Shown here piece by piece: positions 32,492 to 43,492 of a stretch of 64,000 nucleotides of DNA. A program made the position numbers and the translations under genes. The stretch comes from Thermodesulfobacteriota bacterium (GTDB taxonomy: Bacteria; Desulfobacterota_D; UBA1144; Nemesobacterales; UBA2774), in NCBI GenBank assembly GCA_965216785.1, contig OZ244197.1:2560001-2624000 (forward strand). Direction: 5' to 3'. The notes beneath the pieces are model-generated. The model searched no databases and was not told the DNA's origin. It was given only the letters and a program-made list of their open reading frames with translations. The number at the start of each line of letters is the position of its first letter. Position 1 is the stretch's first letter.

Positions 32492-33208
32492 ATGAATAAA
32501 AATAAGGTTGTAGCCGTAGTAGGCGCAGGGCCCGGTCTCGGAGCTTCGGTAGCCCAGAGATTCGCGAAAGAGGGTTATACTATCGCCCTTATCGCACGAA
32601 CTCAAAGTAAACTCGAAGAAATACAAAAAAGTATAGAAGCCCTTGGTCAAAGGGCCCTCCCCGTTTCAGCCGATGTAACCAGTGAATCAGATTTAGAGAG
32701 CGCTTTCAATCAAATCACCGAAGACGGTGGAAACATAGAAGCCCTCATTTACAACGCAGGTGATTTTAAAATGCAAAGCGTCCTTGATATCGACCCTGAG
32801 GGTTTTAAGCGCTCATGGGAAATTAACTGTATGGGAGCTTTTCTAAGCTCAAAGCTTGTCCTCCCCTCAATGATCGAGAATAAAAGAGGTACTATCATTT
32901 TCACAGGCGCGACCGCGTCCAAACGAGGCAGCTCGATGTTTTCACGCCTCGCCGTAGGGAAATTCGGCCTCAGAGCACTGGCCCAGAGCATGGCAAGAGA
33001 GTTCGGACCCAAAGGGGTACACATAGCACATGTCGTTATAGACGGTATAATAGCCACCCCGTTTTATATCGAGAACCAACCCGACCGAGATCCCCAAACC
33101 CTCCTCTCTCCCGATTCTATTGCAGAGCAGTACTTACAGCTCCATATACAGGACAGAACTTCCTGGACCCTTGAGCTTGACTTAAGACCTTCGGCAGAAA
33201 AATTCTAG
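32492..33208 (+). CDS. Short-chain dehydrogenase/reductase
   Basis: VGAGPGLG, YNAG, TGATAS, KFGLRALAQS. Confidence 0.92.
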   Translation: MNKNKVVAVVGAGPGLGASVAQRFAKEGYTIALIARTQSKLEEIQKSIEALGQRALPVSADVTSESDLESAFNQITEDGGNIEALIYNAGDFKMQSVLDIDPEGFKRSWEINCMGAFLSSKLVLPSMIENKRGTIIFTGATASKRGSSMFSRLAVGKFGLRALAQSMAREFGPKGVHIAHVVIDGIIATPFYIENQPDRDPQTLLSPDSIAEQYLQLHIQDRTSWTLELDLRPSAEKF

Positions 33209-33382
33209 CCTCACCCTTTCGATTCACGCTTGTCAGCATCCAGTCTTTATTAGAACAAACTGCGATATTGGCATTGTATCCGTCCTCTTAGATTCTCATA
33301 ATGCTCCACATTAGTTATAATACACATAATATGCTGGTTGGTTAGGCATTGCGGTTAAATCTGAATTCCAAGGATAATTCAA

Positions 33383-34552
33383 ATGATTGAAAAAGAGCGC
33401 ATGACAGAGCATGTAATGGACATTATTAGGATCGACAGCCTGTCAAAACAGGAAAAAGAAGTAGCTCTTAAGCTTGAAGCGGACATGACTTCACTCGGAG
33501 CAGAGTGCTATTTTGATGATGCAGGCGAGAAAGTAAACGGCAACGTAGGCAACCTGATAGTCCGCGTTCCCGGCAGCAAAAAGGACGCAGCCCCCTTTCT
33601 CCTCTCAGCGCATATGGATACCGTCGGACCCGGTGAGGGTATTTCACCCAGGGTAGAGGACGGAATCATGAAGAGCGACGGTACCACCATTCTCGGGAGT
33701 GACGACAAGAGCGGTGTTTCTGTCATCACAGAGGTCATTAGGACTCTAAAGGAAAAAGAGATTCCACATGGAGATATAGAGATCGCCTTTACCATTTGCG
33801 AGGAGATCGGGCTTTTAGGTGCAAAGAACATAGAGATATCAAAATTCAGCGCGAGGCGGGGAATCGTTCTTGACAGCAGCACCCCTTCGCGGCTTGTTCT
33901 CAAGTGCCCTTCCGCGGATAAGCTGGAGTTCAGAGTTCACGGCCTTGAGGCTCATGCGGGTCTTTGTCCCGAGAACGGCATAAGCGCTATAGAAATCGCG
34001 AGCGAAGCCATAGCCAACATGAGGCTCGGGAGAATAGACGAGTTCACCACTGCCAATATTGGCATCGTACAAGGAGGCCGCGCTACTAATATTGTTCCAA
34101 ACCTCGTCAGGGTAGTCGGAGAGGCCAGAAGCCATAATGAAGAAACTCTCAAAAACCAGGTTGATCATATGAGAAAGTGCTTCCACGACGCCGTAGCTGA
34201 GCGCCAGGTCACTATAGAAGACGACCTGAGCGTCGAGGGGCAGACCTTTACGGCAAAGCTGGAGGAGTATATTGAAAGAAGCTACGACAAAATGGAAGTT
34301 GGGGCGGATTCAATAACGGCAAGCCTTGTAGACCGGGCTGTAGCAAACCTCGGTCATAACATCGTTCACCACACAAGCGGAGGCGGTTGCGACGCTAACT
34401 ATTTTAACAAGATGGGAATCGAATGCGTAAACCTGGGCACTGGCATGTATGAGCTTCACACGGTAAACGAATACCTCGTTCTTGAAGAGTTTTACCGCTG
34501 CGCCGAGATTGTACTCGAGTCAATCAAGCTCAACGCACAAAACTCCCAGTAA
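33383..34552 (+). CDS. M20/M25/M40 metallopeptidase (peptidase T-like)
   Basis: AHMDTV, GSDDKSG, EEIG, GGGCDAN, HTVNE. Confidence 0.9.
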   Translation: MIEKERMTEHVMDIIRIDSLSKQEKEVALKLEADMTSLGAECYFDDAGEKVNGNVGNLIVRVPGSKKDAAPFLLSAHMDTVGPGEGISPRVEDGIMKSDGTTILGSDDKSGVSVITEVIRTLKEKEIPHGDIEIAFTICEEIGLLGAKNIEISKFSARRGIVLDSSTPSRLVLKCPSADKLEFRVHGLEAHAGLCPENGISAIEIASEAIANMRLGRIDEFTTANIGIVQGGRATNIVPNLVRVVGEARSHNEETLKNQVDHMRKCFHDAVAERQVTIEDDLSVEGQTFTAKLEEYIERSYDKMEVGADSITASLVDRAVANLGHNIVHHTSGGGCDANYFNKMGIECVNLGTGMYELHTVNEYLVLEEFYRCAEIVLESIKLNAQNSQ

Positions 34553-34623
34553 CCTTTACTACTTAATATTGCCCGGACTGTTTATACCCAAAGGTGAAGC
34601 CTGATCGGCAGCAGGATTATTAA

Positions 34624-35004
34624 ATGAAAAAAAGAGCGTTAATACTCGTAGATCACGGAAGCACCGTTGCCGAGGCAAATGAACTGCTCCAAAAAATCTC
34701 TGAGCGTATTAGGCAAACCCCTGGCTCGGGTTTCGACATTGTAACTCACTGCCATATGGAGCTTGCAGAGCCTACAATCTTACAGGCATTTGAAGAGTGT
34801 GTTTCCATGGGCGCCGAGGAAGTGGTAATTCATCCCTATTTTCTAGCCCCTGGAAAACATTCTACCCAGGATATACCGAGAATGGTCGGCGATGCCGCGG
34901 CTTCTCACCCAGGTGTCTCTTACAGCGTTTCCGAGCCGCTTGGGTTTCACGACAAAATTATTGAGGTTATTCTTGAAAGAGCGCGCGGCGCTGGCCTAGA
35001 TTAA
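34624..35004 (+). CDS. CbiX/SirB-type sirohydrochlorin chelatase (single domain)
   Basis: LVDHGS, MELAEP, PYFLAPGKH, PLG. Confidence 0.88.
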   Translation: MKKRALILVDHGSTVAEANELLQKISERIRQTPGSGFDIVTHCHMELAEPTILQAFEECVSMGAEEVVIHPYFLAPGKHSTQDIPRMVGDAAASHPGVSYSVSEPLGFHDKIIEVILERARGAGLD

Positions 35005-35062
35005 ACATAGCGCTCCTGAACACGCCGGTCATGACGGGCTGCTCACATTTGGAATAATTAAT

Positions 35063-35809
35063 ATGAAAAAATATACCACTCTCATATTCGATTTGTTCGA
35101 TACCATACTAGATTTCAACTTTAAACAGCTCCCTTACATAGATAAGAACGGAGTGAGATCGAGAACAACAAGCAAAGAAGTTTTCGCAGTGTTCAGCAAG
35201 TACTATCCGGACATAGCATTCGATGATTTCTATCCACATTTTATAGAGAGCTACCACGCTTTCCTTGAGATCAAGAAAAAAGAATTCAGAGAGTACCCGA
35301 ATAGAGAAAGATTTAAGATTATGCTTGATAGTATGGATATTACTCCTGATCAGGATACCTGCAGACTTGAGGATGAAATGGTCAAGGCCCACATGAAGGG
35401 ACTCGCTAGCTGCGTTGAATATCCACAGGCAAATAAAGAGACGCTCTTACTCGCAAAAGCGAAAGGCTACCGTATGGCCATCGTGTCCAATTTCGATTAC
35501 GCTCCCACCGCTCGAATGCTGATAGATAAATTCGGTATCGGAGAGCTCTTTGAGTCCATTATCATCTCTGAAGAAGTGGGCTGGAGGAAACCAAAAGATA
35601 TAATTTTCAAGAAATCGCTTTCAGAGCTTAATATTGACCCGGGTGAAGCTCTATTTATCGGAGATAATTTTGGAGCCGACATTCAAGGCTCAAAGGGTGT
35701 CGGGATAGACGGCGTTTGGATAAATAGGAACCGTGAGTCCGAAAAGAACCTGGCTCCCGAGCCCGTGTATATAATCAAAGCGCTTCCCGAGATTTGTACT
35801 TTCATATAA
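35063..35809 (+). CDS. HAD-family hydrolase
   Basis: FDLFDT, VSN, KP, IGDNFGADI. Confidence 0.9.
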   Translation: MKKYTTLIFDLFDTILDFNFKQLPYIDKNGVRSRTTSKEVFAVFSKYYPDIAFDDFYPHFIESYHAFLEIKKKEFREYPNRERFKIMLDSMDITPDQDTCRLEDEMVKAHMKGLASCVEYPQANKETLLLAKAKGYRMAIVSNFDYAPTARMLIDKFGIGELFESIIISEEVGWRKPKDIIFKKSLSELNIDPGEALFIGDNFGADIQGSKGVGIDGVWINRNRESEKNLAPEPVYIIKALPEICTFI

Positions 35810-35881
35810 TTAGCGGCCCCTCTATAATTGAATAGCCGCCTGAAAGAATTAAAATAGATATGTTGTGAGACATATCGCGAA

Positions 35882-37567
35882 ATGAAAAAGCATACAAAGC
35901 CAGCAAGAAAAATCCCTATAGTTAATGAGAATCCGGGCTTCCGCACACTACCCGACCTGATAGAGTCAAGCGCAAGTAAGTATGCGCCTAACCTATGCTA
36001 TCTTATTCCCAGAAACGGCGGTATTTATGAGCTAACTTACGCTGAGGTTATTGAGCGCGTCAAAAAACTGGCCGCCCACTTAAAAGACCTTGGACTTGGT
36101 AAGGGAGACCATATTGCGGTTTTGGGAGAGAATAAACCCGAATGGGGTATTTCGTTCTTCGCCGTATCCTGGATCGGCGCGGTCGCGGTACCTCTTGACG
36201 CAAGGGCAAATATACATAACCACAAATTCATTCTGTCCTTTTCCTCAACCAAAGCAATACTTGCCTCAGATAATTTCCTAGAATCAATTGATTCGGCAGC
36301 TCAGGAGCTAACTGAGCTAACACACGTAATTCCCATGGATGATATCGAGGAAATTTGCTCAAATTATGACTCGGGTGCGCAAAGAGAAAATATCGACCCT
36401 GAGGACTTTCTGGAAATAATTTTCACTTCCGGATCTACGGGAGACCCTAAAGGAGTCACGCTAAGCCACAGGAACGTCATGTCCAACGTCTCGGATATTT
36501 ATTCGATTATGGACTACTCTGAAAAGGACAGGGCTTTTTCTATTCTCCCGATACACCACTCCTACGAATGTATTGGAGGGCTGATTTCTCCTTTTTCTTT
36601 CGGCACCAGCGTTTTCTATGCAAGGAGCTTAAAACCAAGAGAGTTATTGGAAGACCTGAAAATCGCAAAGCCCACAATATGGCTTAACGCACCGACCATA
36701 CTCGAAAGGCTCCATTCAAAGATCGAAAAAGAGCTGTCGGACCAAAAAGGTATGAGAAGACTTATGACAAAAGCACTTCCGAAAAAAATATTAGGCAGGA
36801 TGATCAAGCGGAATCTCGGCCTTGAGCACACTAAGCTCATAACCTCCTCTGGGGCGCCTCTGTCAGAGCGGGTATCGACGGGATTAAGGCGCTACGGCTT
36901 TAATATCATAGAGGCATACGGGCTTACGGAAGCCTCACCCCTTATTACAGTGAACCCTGTTTCAAAACCTAAGCCCAGGAGTATCGGTATGGTCATTCCC
37001 AGTGTTGATGTGGAAATACGAGACACCGACAGCGAGGGTAACGGCGAGATATGCGCTCTTGGGCCAAACATAATGATAGGCTATTACAAAAACGAGCTAA
37101 CAACCCGCGAGACCGTAACTGAGGACGGATGGCTCCTTACGGGCGATATCGGTTATTTTGATGATGAGGGATATCTATACATTACCGGCAGAAAAAAATT
37201 TGTTATCGTGACAAAGGGTGGAAAGAACATACACCCCGAAGAGCTTGAAGAAAAATTAACAGCTTCGGCGCTCATAGCGGAAGCCCTGGTATTCAGCCCC
37301 GATGACTCGGCTATACAGGCTCTTCTTTACCCTGATGAAGCCGAGGTGAAGAAACTTCTCGGAGCCAAGGGATTAGAGCATTCAGCAGAAGAGTTGTGGG
37401 AAATATTAAACAAGGAAGTAAGAGAGATAAACCTCACTCTTGAAACCTATAAGAGAATAAGACACTTCGCGCTAAGGCTTGAGGAGTTCCCCAAAACCAC
37501 TACTAATAAGCTGAAGCGTTTAGAATTTAAAGACCTGAGCCTCACCCCGGATACTAAATTTTTATAG
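35882..37567 (+). CDS. Long-chain fatty acid-CoA ligase (AMP-binding)
   Basis: FTSGSTGDPKG, YGLTE, TGDIG, GRKK. Confidence 0.9.
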   Translation: MKKHTKPARKIPIVNENPGFRTLPDLIESSASKYAPNLCYLIPRNGGIYELTYAEVIERVKKLAAHLKDLGLGKGDHIAVLGENKPEWGISFFAVSWIGAVAVPLDARANIHNHKFILSFSSTKAILASDNFLESIDSAAQELTELTHVIPMDDIEEICSNYDSGAQRENIDPEDFLEIIFTSGSTGDPKGVTLSHRNVMSNVSDIYSIMDYSEKDRAFSILPIHHSYECIGGLISPFSFGTSVFYARSLKPRELLEDLKIAKPTIWLNAPTILERLHSKIEKELSDQKGMRRLMTKALPKKILGRMIKRNLGLEHTKLITSSGAPLSERVSTGLRRYGFNIIEAYGLTEASPLITVNPVSKPKPRSIGMVIPSVDVEIRDTDSEGNGEICALGPNIMIGYYKNELTTRETVTEDGWLLTGDIGYFDDEGYLYITGRKKFVIVTKGGKNIHPEELEEKLTASALIAEALVFSPDDSAIQALLYPDEAEVKKLLGAKGLEHSAEELWEILNKEVREINLTLETYKRIRHFALRLEEFPKTTTNKLKRLEFKDLSLTPDTKFL

Positions 37568-37786
37568 AAATATCAGGCAACCTAATTTCATGCCAGTTCA
37601 TCAAATTAATATAGCCTTTATTATCAATAAGTATTATAATTTTAGGGAAGGTGGATGGGCTGCTGAAAAATTTTTCATTTTCATTTATACTAAAATCGGT
37701 AGCCGAGTAATTTGAGAGAGAGAGAGAAAATGGGTCCTTCAGTAGAGTTAACTCTCTTAGCTTGGGTCCTGAGAAATAAAAGAGAA

Positions 37787-39604
37787 ATGATTAGAGAGCT
37801 CATGTTTTTAAGAACTATATCAACATTAGCGCTTGTAGCTATATTATCTGCGACTATTGGCTGTGTTGCCAACCAGGCAGAAGTAATACCCGATCCGGCT
37901 ATAGCCCCACAAGCCCCTAAAGCTGTGAACTCACCTACAGAGATAAGCCATAATATAAGCAAGAGAATTCAGGGCTCTCAATATTCCTCCAATTTGCTCG
38001 TGTCCGGAGAGAGTATAAAAGCAAGTAAATCTCTTCCCGCTATTTATCAAAGCAGGAGTTACAGCCCCATATGGACGGGTGCTGAGGGTCCTTTGCCTCA
38101 GGCTTATGAAATGATAGAGGTAATTAAAGAGAGCCCGGGTGAAGCGCTCGACCCAAGCGACTATAACTTGAGCCAGATAGAACAGGTGCTAAGCAAAGAC
38201 ACAAACCCCGAAACTATGGCGGAGCTTGACCTCCTTCTTACAAACGCCTATTTAAATTACGGCCACGATATGCTTTACGGCCGTGTAAGACCAGAGCAGA
38301 TTAACCTTGAGCTCATGTTCGGCGAGACCCCGGTTTCGCTAAACGAGCTTCTAATTAAATCCTCTGAAGAAAACAATATACGCGGGTCTTTGGTTGGCCT
38401 TGCGCCGGCTTACCCGGTATATGCAAAGCTCAGGGACGCGCTTTCCGGTTACAGAGATTTAGCCTCAAACGGAGGCTGGCCCACGGTACCCGGTACAGCC
38501 AAGTTCCAAAAAGGAGCGCGGGGCCCCAGGGTTTCAGCGCTTAGAGAGCGCTTAAAAGTCACAGGGGAGCTCAGTCCTTCCTCAGCCGACAGCGATGTAT
38601 TCGACGAAGAGCTGCACCAGGCTGTCTTAAGGTTCCAGGAAAGAAACGGACTCTATGTAGACGGCGTGGTCGGCAAATCGACAATTGAATACTTAAACGT
38701 ACCGGCCAGCACACGGGTAAGACAAATAGAGCTTACGATGGAGCGCTTTCGTATACTCCCAAGGAACATGGGCAGCCGCTTCATACTCGTAAACATAGCA
38801 AACTATCATCTTTACGGAGTATCCAACAACCGAGACAATACAACCATGCGTATCGTAGTCGGGAAACCCGAGTGGAATACCCCGATATTCAGCGAGCAGA
38901 TGACGCATATGGTTATAAACCCGTACTGGAACATCCCGCCAAGCATTTTTAGAGACGATATAGCCCCCAGGGTAAGAACGGATCCTAACTATATGTCGGA
39001 CAGAAACATCCAGGCCGTAGGGCTTGAGATGCCTGTAATTGAAGAAGAAGTAAGCGCTCCTGCGGAGGAGACGCTTGAAGTTGCCGAAACTTCCGAAGGG
39101 CAAAAAGCCGCAGAGAGCGAGCAGGCTGAGCCTGCCGAGCACCCGGCCCATGCCGAGTACCGATCTAAAGTTTTAAGCGGGAATTACAGGCTCCGCCAGA
39201 AACCGGGCCCCAGAAACCCGCTTGGAAGAGTTAAATTCCTCTTTCCCAATAAACACTCTGTTTATCTCCACGACACGCCCAACAGAGGGTACTTCAAAAG
39301 AGCGCAGAGAAACTTCTCCCACGGCTGCATACGCGTAGAGAAACCCATAGACCTTGCTGATTTTGTTTTATACACTGATCCTGATTGGAGCGGACAGAGA
39401 GTGCAGTCTGCAATCTATAGCGGTAGGACAAGGACAGTCCACCTGCCTGAGCCGCTGCCGGTGTATATCCTGTATTTTACGGCTTGGGCAAACAAAGACG
39501 GCTCCGTAAGCTTCCACAAAGACATTTACGGTCTCGACTCAACCCTAGCGAACGCGTTAAACTCAAAGACGCCGTATACGGAACAGGCTACCAACATTCA
39601 CTAA
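37787..39604 (+). CDS. L,D-transpeptidase (YcbB/LdtD-like) with PG-binding domain
   Basis: FQERNGL.VDGVVG PG-binding motif, NPYWNIP, YLHDTP, SHGCIR; start uncertain (37787 or 37802). Confidence 0.92.
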   Translation: MIRELMFLRTISTLALVAILSATIGCVANQAEVIPDPAIAPQAPKAVNSPTEISHNISKRIQGSQYSSNLLVSGESIKASKSLPAIYQSRSYSPIWTGAEGPLPQAYEMIEVIKESPGEALDPSDYNLSQIEQVLSKDTNPETMAELDLLLTNAYLNYGHDMLYGRVRPEQINLELMFGETPVSLNELLIKSSEENNIRGSLVGLAPAYPVYAKLRDALSGYRDLASNGGWPTVPGTAKFQKGARGPRVSALRERLKVTGELSPSSADSDVFDEELHQAVLRFQERNGLYVDGVVGKSTIEYLNVPASTRVRQIELTMERFRILPRNMGSRFILVNIANYHLYGVSNNRDNTTMRIVVGKPEWNTPIFSEQMTHMVINPYWNIPPSIFRDDIAPRVRTDPNYMSDRNIQAVGLEMPVIEEEVSAPAEETLEVAETSEGQKAAESEQAEPAEHPAHAEYRSKVLSGNYRLRQKPGPRNPLGRVKFLFPNKHSVYLHDTPNRGYFKRAQRNFSHGCIRVEKPIDLADFVLYTDPDWSGQRVQSAIYSGRTRTVHLPEPLPVYILYFTAWANKDGSVSFHKDIYGLDSTLANALNSKTPYTEQATNIH

Positions 39605-39661
39605 GCTTGATTTTCTAAAGAGCTGCCTTTCCCTGTGGTTTACCGGCAGCCTTAAAACCCA

Positions 39662-40903
39662 TTACCCACATGTTAAGCTCTGAAAGTCAGCGCCCGTAGG
39701 GTTCTGAAAGACTCTTAGCTCAAACTCAGGAATTACAGCCATAATATGGTCGAATATGTCCGCCTGAATCGCCTCATAGTTTGCCCACACCTGGTCGTTT
39801 GAAAACACGTATATCTCTATAGGCATTCCGTTCGGCCCGGGCTCGAGTTGACGGATAAGAAAAGTGAGATTCTTATTTATTTTTGGGTGGTCTCTCAAAT
39901 ATGAGGTGAGGTAAGCCCTGAACGTCCCGATATTCGTAAGCCTGCGCCCGTTTACAAGCTCTGTGTCATCAATATTTTTATCCTTATTATATTCGGAAAG
40001 CTCCTTTCTTTTTTCCTCAATATAACCGCTTAAATGCTGAAATTTCTTGAACTTCTCCAGCATCTCTTCACTGCAGAACTTAACGCTCGACATGTCAATA
40101 TTTATAGAGCGCTTTATTCTCCTGCCCCCTGACTCAGACATCCCGCGCCAGTTCTTTACCCCGTCACTTACGAGCGCAAAAGTCGGAATCGTGCTGATAG
40201 TCTTGTCCCAATTCTGGATCTTAACTGTCGTGAGTGAGATATCTACCACGTCTCCGTCCGCCCCGTACTTCGGCATTTCTATCCAGTCCCCGATGCGCAC
40301 CATATTATTTGCCGAGAGCTGTATCCCCGCCGCAAACCCGAGTATCGGGTCTTTGAAGATAAGCATCAGCACCGCGGTCATCGCCCCGATACCACCTATG
40401 AAAAAAGCAGGCGATCTCCCTATGATGATAGAGAGAATAACTACGCCGATAACCAGATATACCAGTATCTTCACGACCTGGACCATGCTCTTTATGGGCA
40501 TTTTTTGCGATACGGAATAGCCGCGGTAAATATCTACAACTGAAGATAAAAATGCGTCGATAGTAAATACCGCTACCAAAAGCATATAAATCTGTGCTAT
40601 CTTGCGGGTCAATAGAACAGCCGACTCGTTATGGAACACTACTGGGGCCATAATGTAGATAACGATTGCGGGTGTAAAATGAGAAAGTCTTCTGAAAACA
40701 CCTCTTTCTACGAGTAAATCATCCCAGTGCGTAGCCGTTTTATTAGCGAAATGCTCGACCGATCTCAGTATAATTCTCTTCGCGAGAAAATTCGCGGCAT
40801 AGGCAAGCACAACTAGCCCAACGAGAGAGGAAATATCGAACAGCACCGGATACTCCGTGTTATAGGCGCCAAGCTCTTTAAAAAAGTTTGTTATCTGTTC
40901 CAT
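39662..40903 (-). CDS. Small-conductance mechanosensitive channel (YbdG/MscM-like)
   Basis: IGDWIEMPKYGADGDV, KNWRGMSESGGRRIKRS; start uncertain (40951 possible). Confidence 0.92.
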   Translation of the reverse strand: MEQITNFFKELGAYNTEYPVLFDISSLVGLVVLAYAANFLAKRIILRSVEHFANKTATHWDDLLVERGVFRRLSHFTPAIVIYIMAPVVFHNESAVLLTRKIAQIYMLLVAVFTIDAFLSSVVDIYRGYSVSQKMPIKSMVQVVKILVYLVIGVVILSIIIGRSPAFFIGGIGAMTAVLMLIFKDPILGFAAGIQLSANNMVRIGDWIEMPKYGADGDVVDISLTTVKIQNWDKTISTIPTFALVSDGVKNWRGMSESGGRRIKRSINIDMSSVKFCSEEMLEKFKKFQHLSGYIEEKRKELSEYNKDKNIDDTELVNGRRLTNIGTFRAYLTSYLRDHPKINKNLTFLIRQLEPGPNGMPIEIYVFSNDQVWANYEAIQADIFDHIMAVIPEFELRVFQNPTGADFQSLTCG

Positions 40904-40959
40904 AAAATTAACTATAACCGTAAGAACATAATTTAGAGGGAGGATAGACAAAAATAAAT

Positions 40960-41166
40960 TTACTCTTTGTCAATAACCTCTGTATGATTTTTTATAAGCA
41001 CACCATGGATCTGGGCTTCCCTGCCGTCTTCAAACTTTACCAGATAGGCTTTGCCTACCATCTTTTCGACGCTACCTGTAATCTCGCCCCTGAGCCCGGG
41101 TTCAAACACCTGATCACCCAGCTCGATCCTGATCCCGACCTTTATTTTAGTGCCCTGTATATACAT
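40960..41166 (-). CDS. Small hypothetical protein (possible SH3-like barrel)
   Basis: 68-aa ORF with a purine-rich RBS; G-x-I ... YLVKFEDG pattern. Confidence 0.55.
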   Translation of the reverse strand: MYIQGTKIKVGIRIELGDQVFEPGLRGEITGSVEKMVGKAYLVKFEDGREAQIHGVLIKNHTEVIDKE

Positions 41167-41320
41167 ATTTCTTCCCTATATCCAGAAGTCTTATTGTAAT
41201 TTGCCGGAGTATAAATTATAAAATTTGGCAGAAGCAAAACTCTCAGGCGCTCTTTGTAATGAGTTGGGCAATACATCATCAGATGCTCAGAACTTTACAT
41301 TCAAGAGCCGTACCGACAGC

Positions 41321-43492
41321 TCAGATCTTAACAGCTGGCTTAGCGATCGCTTCCTGCACCCTTTCACACTCGCCGTACAGATCTCTTGCCACCTGGAGCA
41401 TCTCCGCAGCAAGCTCTTCCTCAGGCTCCTGATCGATCATATCCTTTAGCACCGCCGATATATCGACCCATTTCTCGTCCGCGTCGCCTGTCCTGACCAG
41501 AAGGTTTTCAAACTCCCACATAGTCTGCTCAGTAGTAAAAGGATCTACAAGCTTTGTGTATAGCGGCACATGAGCGCTCGCGGCGCAGGAATGGTAGGCT
41601 TCCATAATAGAGCTCTCATACTCACCGTGCTTAAGTAGAGCTTCAGCCTGCTCCAGACGCTTTTTCGCGTCTTCAAACGTAGGCACTTTCTCCTCAACAG
41701 TTGCGCCTGCGCACTCGCCTTTCATGCCCTTTTTGAGCTCGAACTTCTCTTCTTCATGTCCCCAGTCCTCATAGAAAGAAGGGTCTTCCTCAAAAGTGGG
41801 GATCTCAGTGAAACCGGTAATTTCATCTTTAATCCTATCCCGCCCGAGTCTCTCCATAACCGCATTAAAGTGCTCGTCCCCTTGCCTTTCGTCACGGTAA
41901 AGCTCAAGGAGTCTTTGTACGACTTTAGGAGCGTTTCTTGTTGGAACTTTTATAATTGATGTACCAAGCCGAGTATCGTCGCCATACAGGCCGCCGCCCA
42001 CAAATACCTGCTCTGAAGGCACATTCCGCCCGCCTTTTGCAAGCGATGCACCCTGAAACCCTATGCTCGCGGTTACATGCTGCGCGCATGAGTTGGGGCA
42101 GCCCGAGATCTTAATATTCAATCCATCAGTGAGCTCTTTAAACTCTCCCAAACCGTTTTTCATGCTTTGAGTCAGGTGAGTCGCTAGCCCTTTAGCCGAC
42201 GTGATACCGAGCCGGCACGTATCAGCGCCCGGGCACGCGGTTATGTCTTCGAATGTTTCAGGTCCCGGTGTAACAAGGTCAATTTCTTTTAAAGCCGCAT
42301 ACAGGGAAGGAAGCGAGCCTGCCTTGACCCAGCGAAGAATCAGGTTTTGACTGATGCTGATTCTAATATCCCCCGCTGAGTAAATGTCCGATATATCGGC
42401 AAGAGCTCTGGCTACGTCTGAGTCCATATCCCCGTTATGCACTTTTATATTCACCATGCACAGGTCCTCAAGCTCGTGCGGCAGAACGCAGGACTCTTTC
42501 CATTCCTGATAGTCGGGATCAGACTCTATACCATCAGGAGCCTTTGGGAAATCATCATTCAAAGCCGGGGGTATTTCAGTAGCGGGTATATCTTTTAGAT
42601 AGTCGTTCCATGTTGGGTCAACCTTAAGAGCCGCCCTCTCCTCTTCCACCAGCCTTTTAAACTCATCGAACCCAAGCTTTCTGACTAAAAACTTCATACG
42701 GGCTTTCATCCTTACTTTGCGCTCCCCGAAGCGGTCGAAAATACGCACCACGGAAGCAGAGAACGGAATCATCTCCTCAACCGGCAAAAATTCGGTCCAC
42801 AGAACACCTAGTGAAGGAGAAGCGCCGAGGCCTCCTCCAATGTGCACCTGAAAACCGCGTTTTAGCTCTCCGTCCACTTCTTTCACACGCGCCCTGAACC
42901 CGAGGTCGTGGATCCTCACACCCGCATGGTCTTTGTCCTGGCAGCCTTCAAAGCAGACTTTAAATTTTCTGCCCATGTTCTGGCAAATGGGGTTACGGAG
43001 CATAAAATCTTTAAACGCATCCGCGTAAGGCGTTACGTCAAACGTCTCACTGGGCGATACTCCCGCCTGGTGGCATGCTGTAACGTTCCTTACAGTGTTT
43101 CCGCAAGCTTCACGTGTTGTGATGCCTTCGTCTGCAAGCTCGCGCATCATGTCAGCTACTGTATCTAAGGTTATGTAATATAGCTGGACGTCCTGTCTTG
43201 TGGTCAGGTGCAGGAAATTACTTGCGTATTTGTCCGACACGTCGGCCAGGCGCCTAAGCTGCGCAGAGTTAAGCCCGCCGAAGGGTATCTTGATGCGCTG
43301 CATCTGAACACCCTCTTGCCGCTGCGCATATGTGCCAAGCTGTAGGCGAATTTTCTGGAATTTAATCTCCCCGTATTTACCCGCAAGATAGTCCTTAATC
43401 TGCTTCTCATACAGATCGAGCTCGTTCCTTACTTCCCCGGGAAGTCCGGCTATTATTTCGTCCATTGATTTCTCATTTCTTTTTACTTCCAT
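41321..43492 (-). CDS. Ferredoxin-dependent nitrite/sulfite reductase with C-terminal helical (HEPN-like) extension
   Basis: TTRQDVQ, ACGNTVRNV, CPGADTC and SGCPNSC siroheme/4Fe-4S ligands. Confidence 0.92.
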   Translation of the reverse strand: MEVKRNEKSMDEIIAGLPGEVRNELDLYEKQIKDYLAGKYGEIKFQKIRLQLGTYAQRQEGVQMQRIKIPFGGLNSAQLRRLADVSDKYASNFLHLTTRQDVQLYYITLDTVADMMRELADEGITTREACGNTVRNVTACHQAGVSPSETFDVTPYADAFKDFMLRNPICQNMGRKFKVCFEGCQDKDHAGVRIHDLGFRARVKEVDGELKRGFQVHIGGGLGASPSLGVLWTEFLPVEEMIPFSASVVRIFDRFGERKVRMKARMKFLVRKLGFDEFKRLVEEERAALKVDPTWNDYLKDIPATEIPPALNDDFPKAPDGIESDPDYQEWKESCVLPHELEDLCMVNIKVHNGDMDSDVARALADISDIYSAGDIRISISQNLILRWVKAGSLPSLYAALKEIDLVTPGPETFEDITACPGADTCRLGITSAKGLATHLTQSMKNGLGEFKELTDGLNIKISGCPNSCAQHVTASIGFQGASLAKGGRNVPSEQVFVGGGLYGDDTRLGTSIIKVPTRNAPKVVQRLLELYRDERQGDEHFNAVMERLGRDRIKDEITGFTEIPTFEEDPSFYEDWGHEEEKFELKKGMKGECAGATVEEKVPTFEDAKKRLEQAEALLKHGEYESSIMEAYHSCAASAHVPLYTKLVDPFTTEQTMWEFENLLVRTGDADEKWVDISAVLKDMIDQEPEEELAAEMLQVARDLYGECERVQEAIAKPAVKI

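Noticed and set aside
33310-33340. dif-like site
   Set aside because: Only a partial match to the XerD arm and a poor XerC arm
37580-37596. sigma-54-like TGGCATGAAATTAGG on the minus strand
   Set aside because: Lacks the -12 GC and points antisense into the acyl-CoA ligase gene
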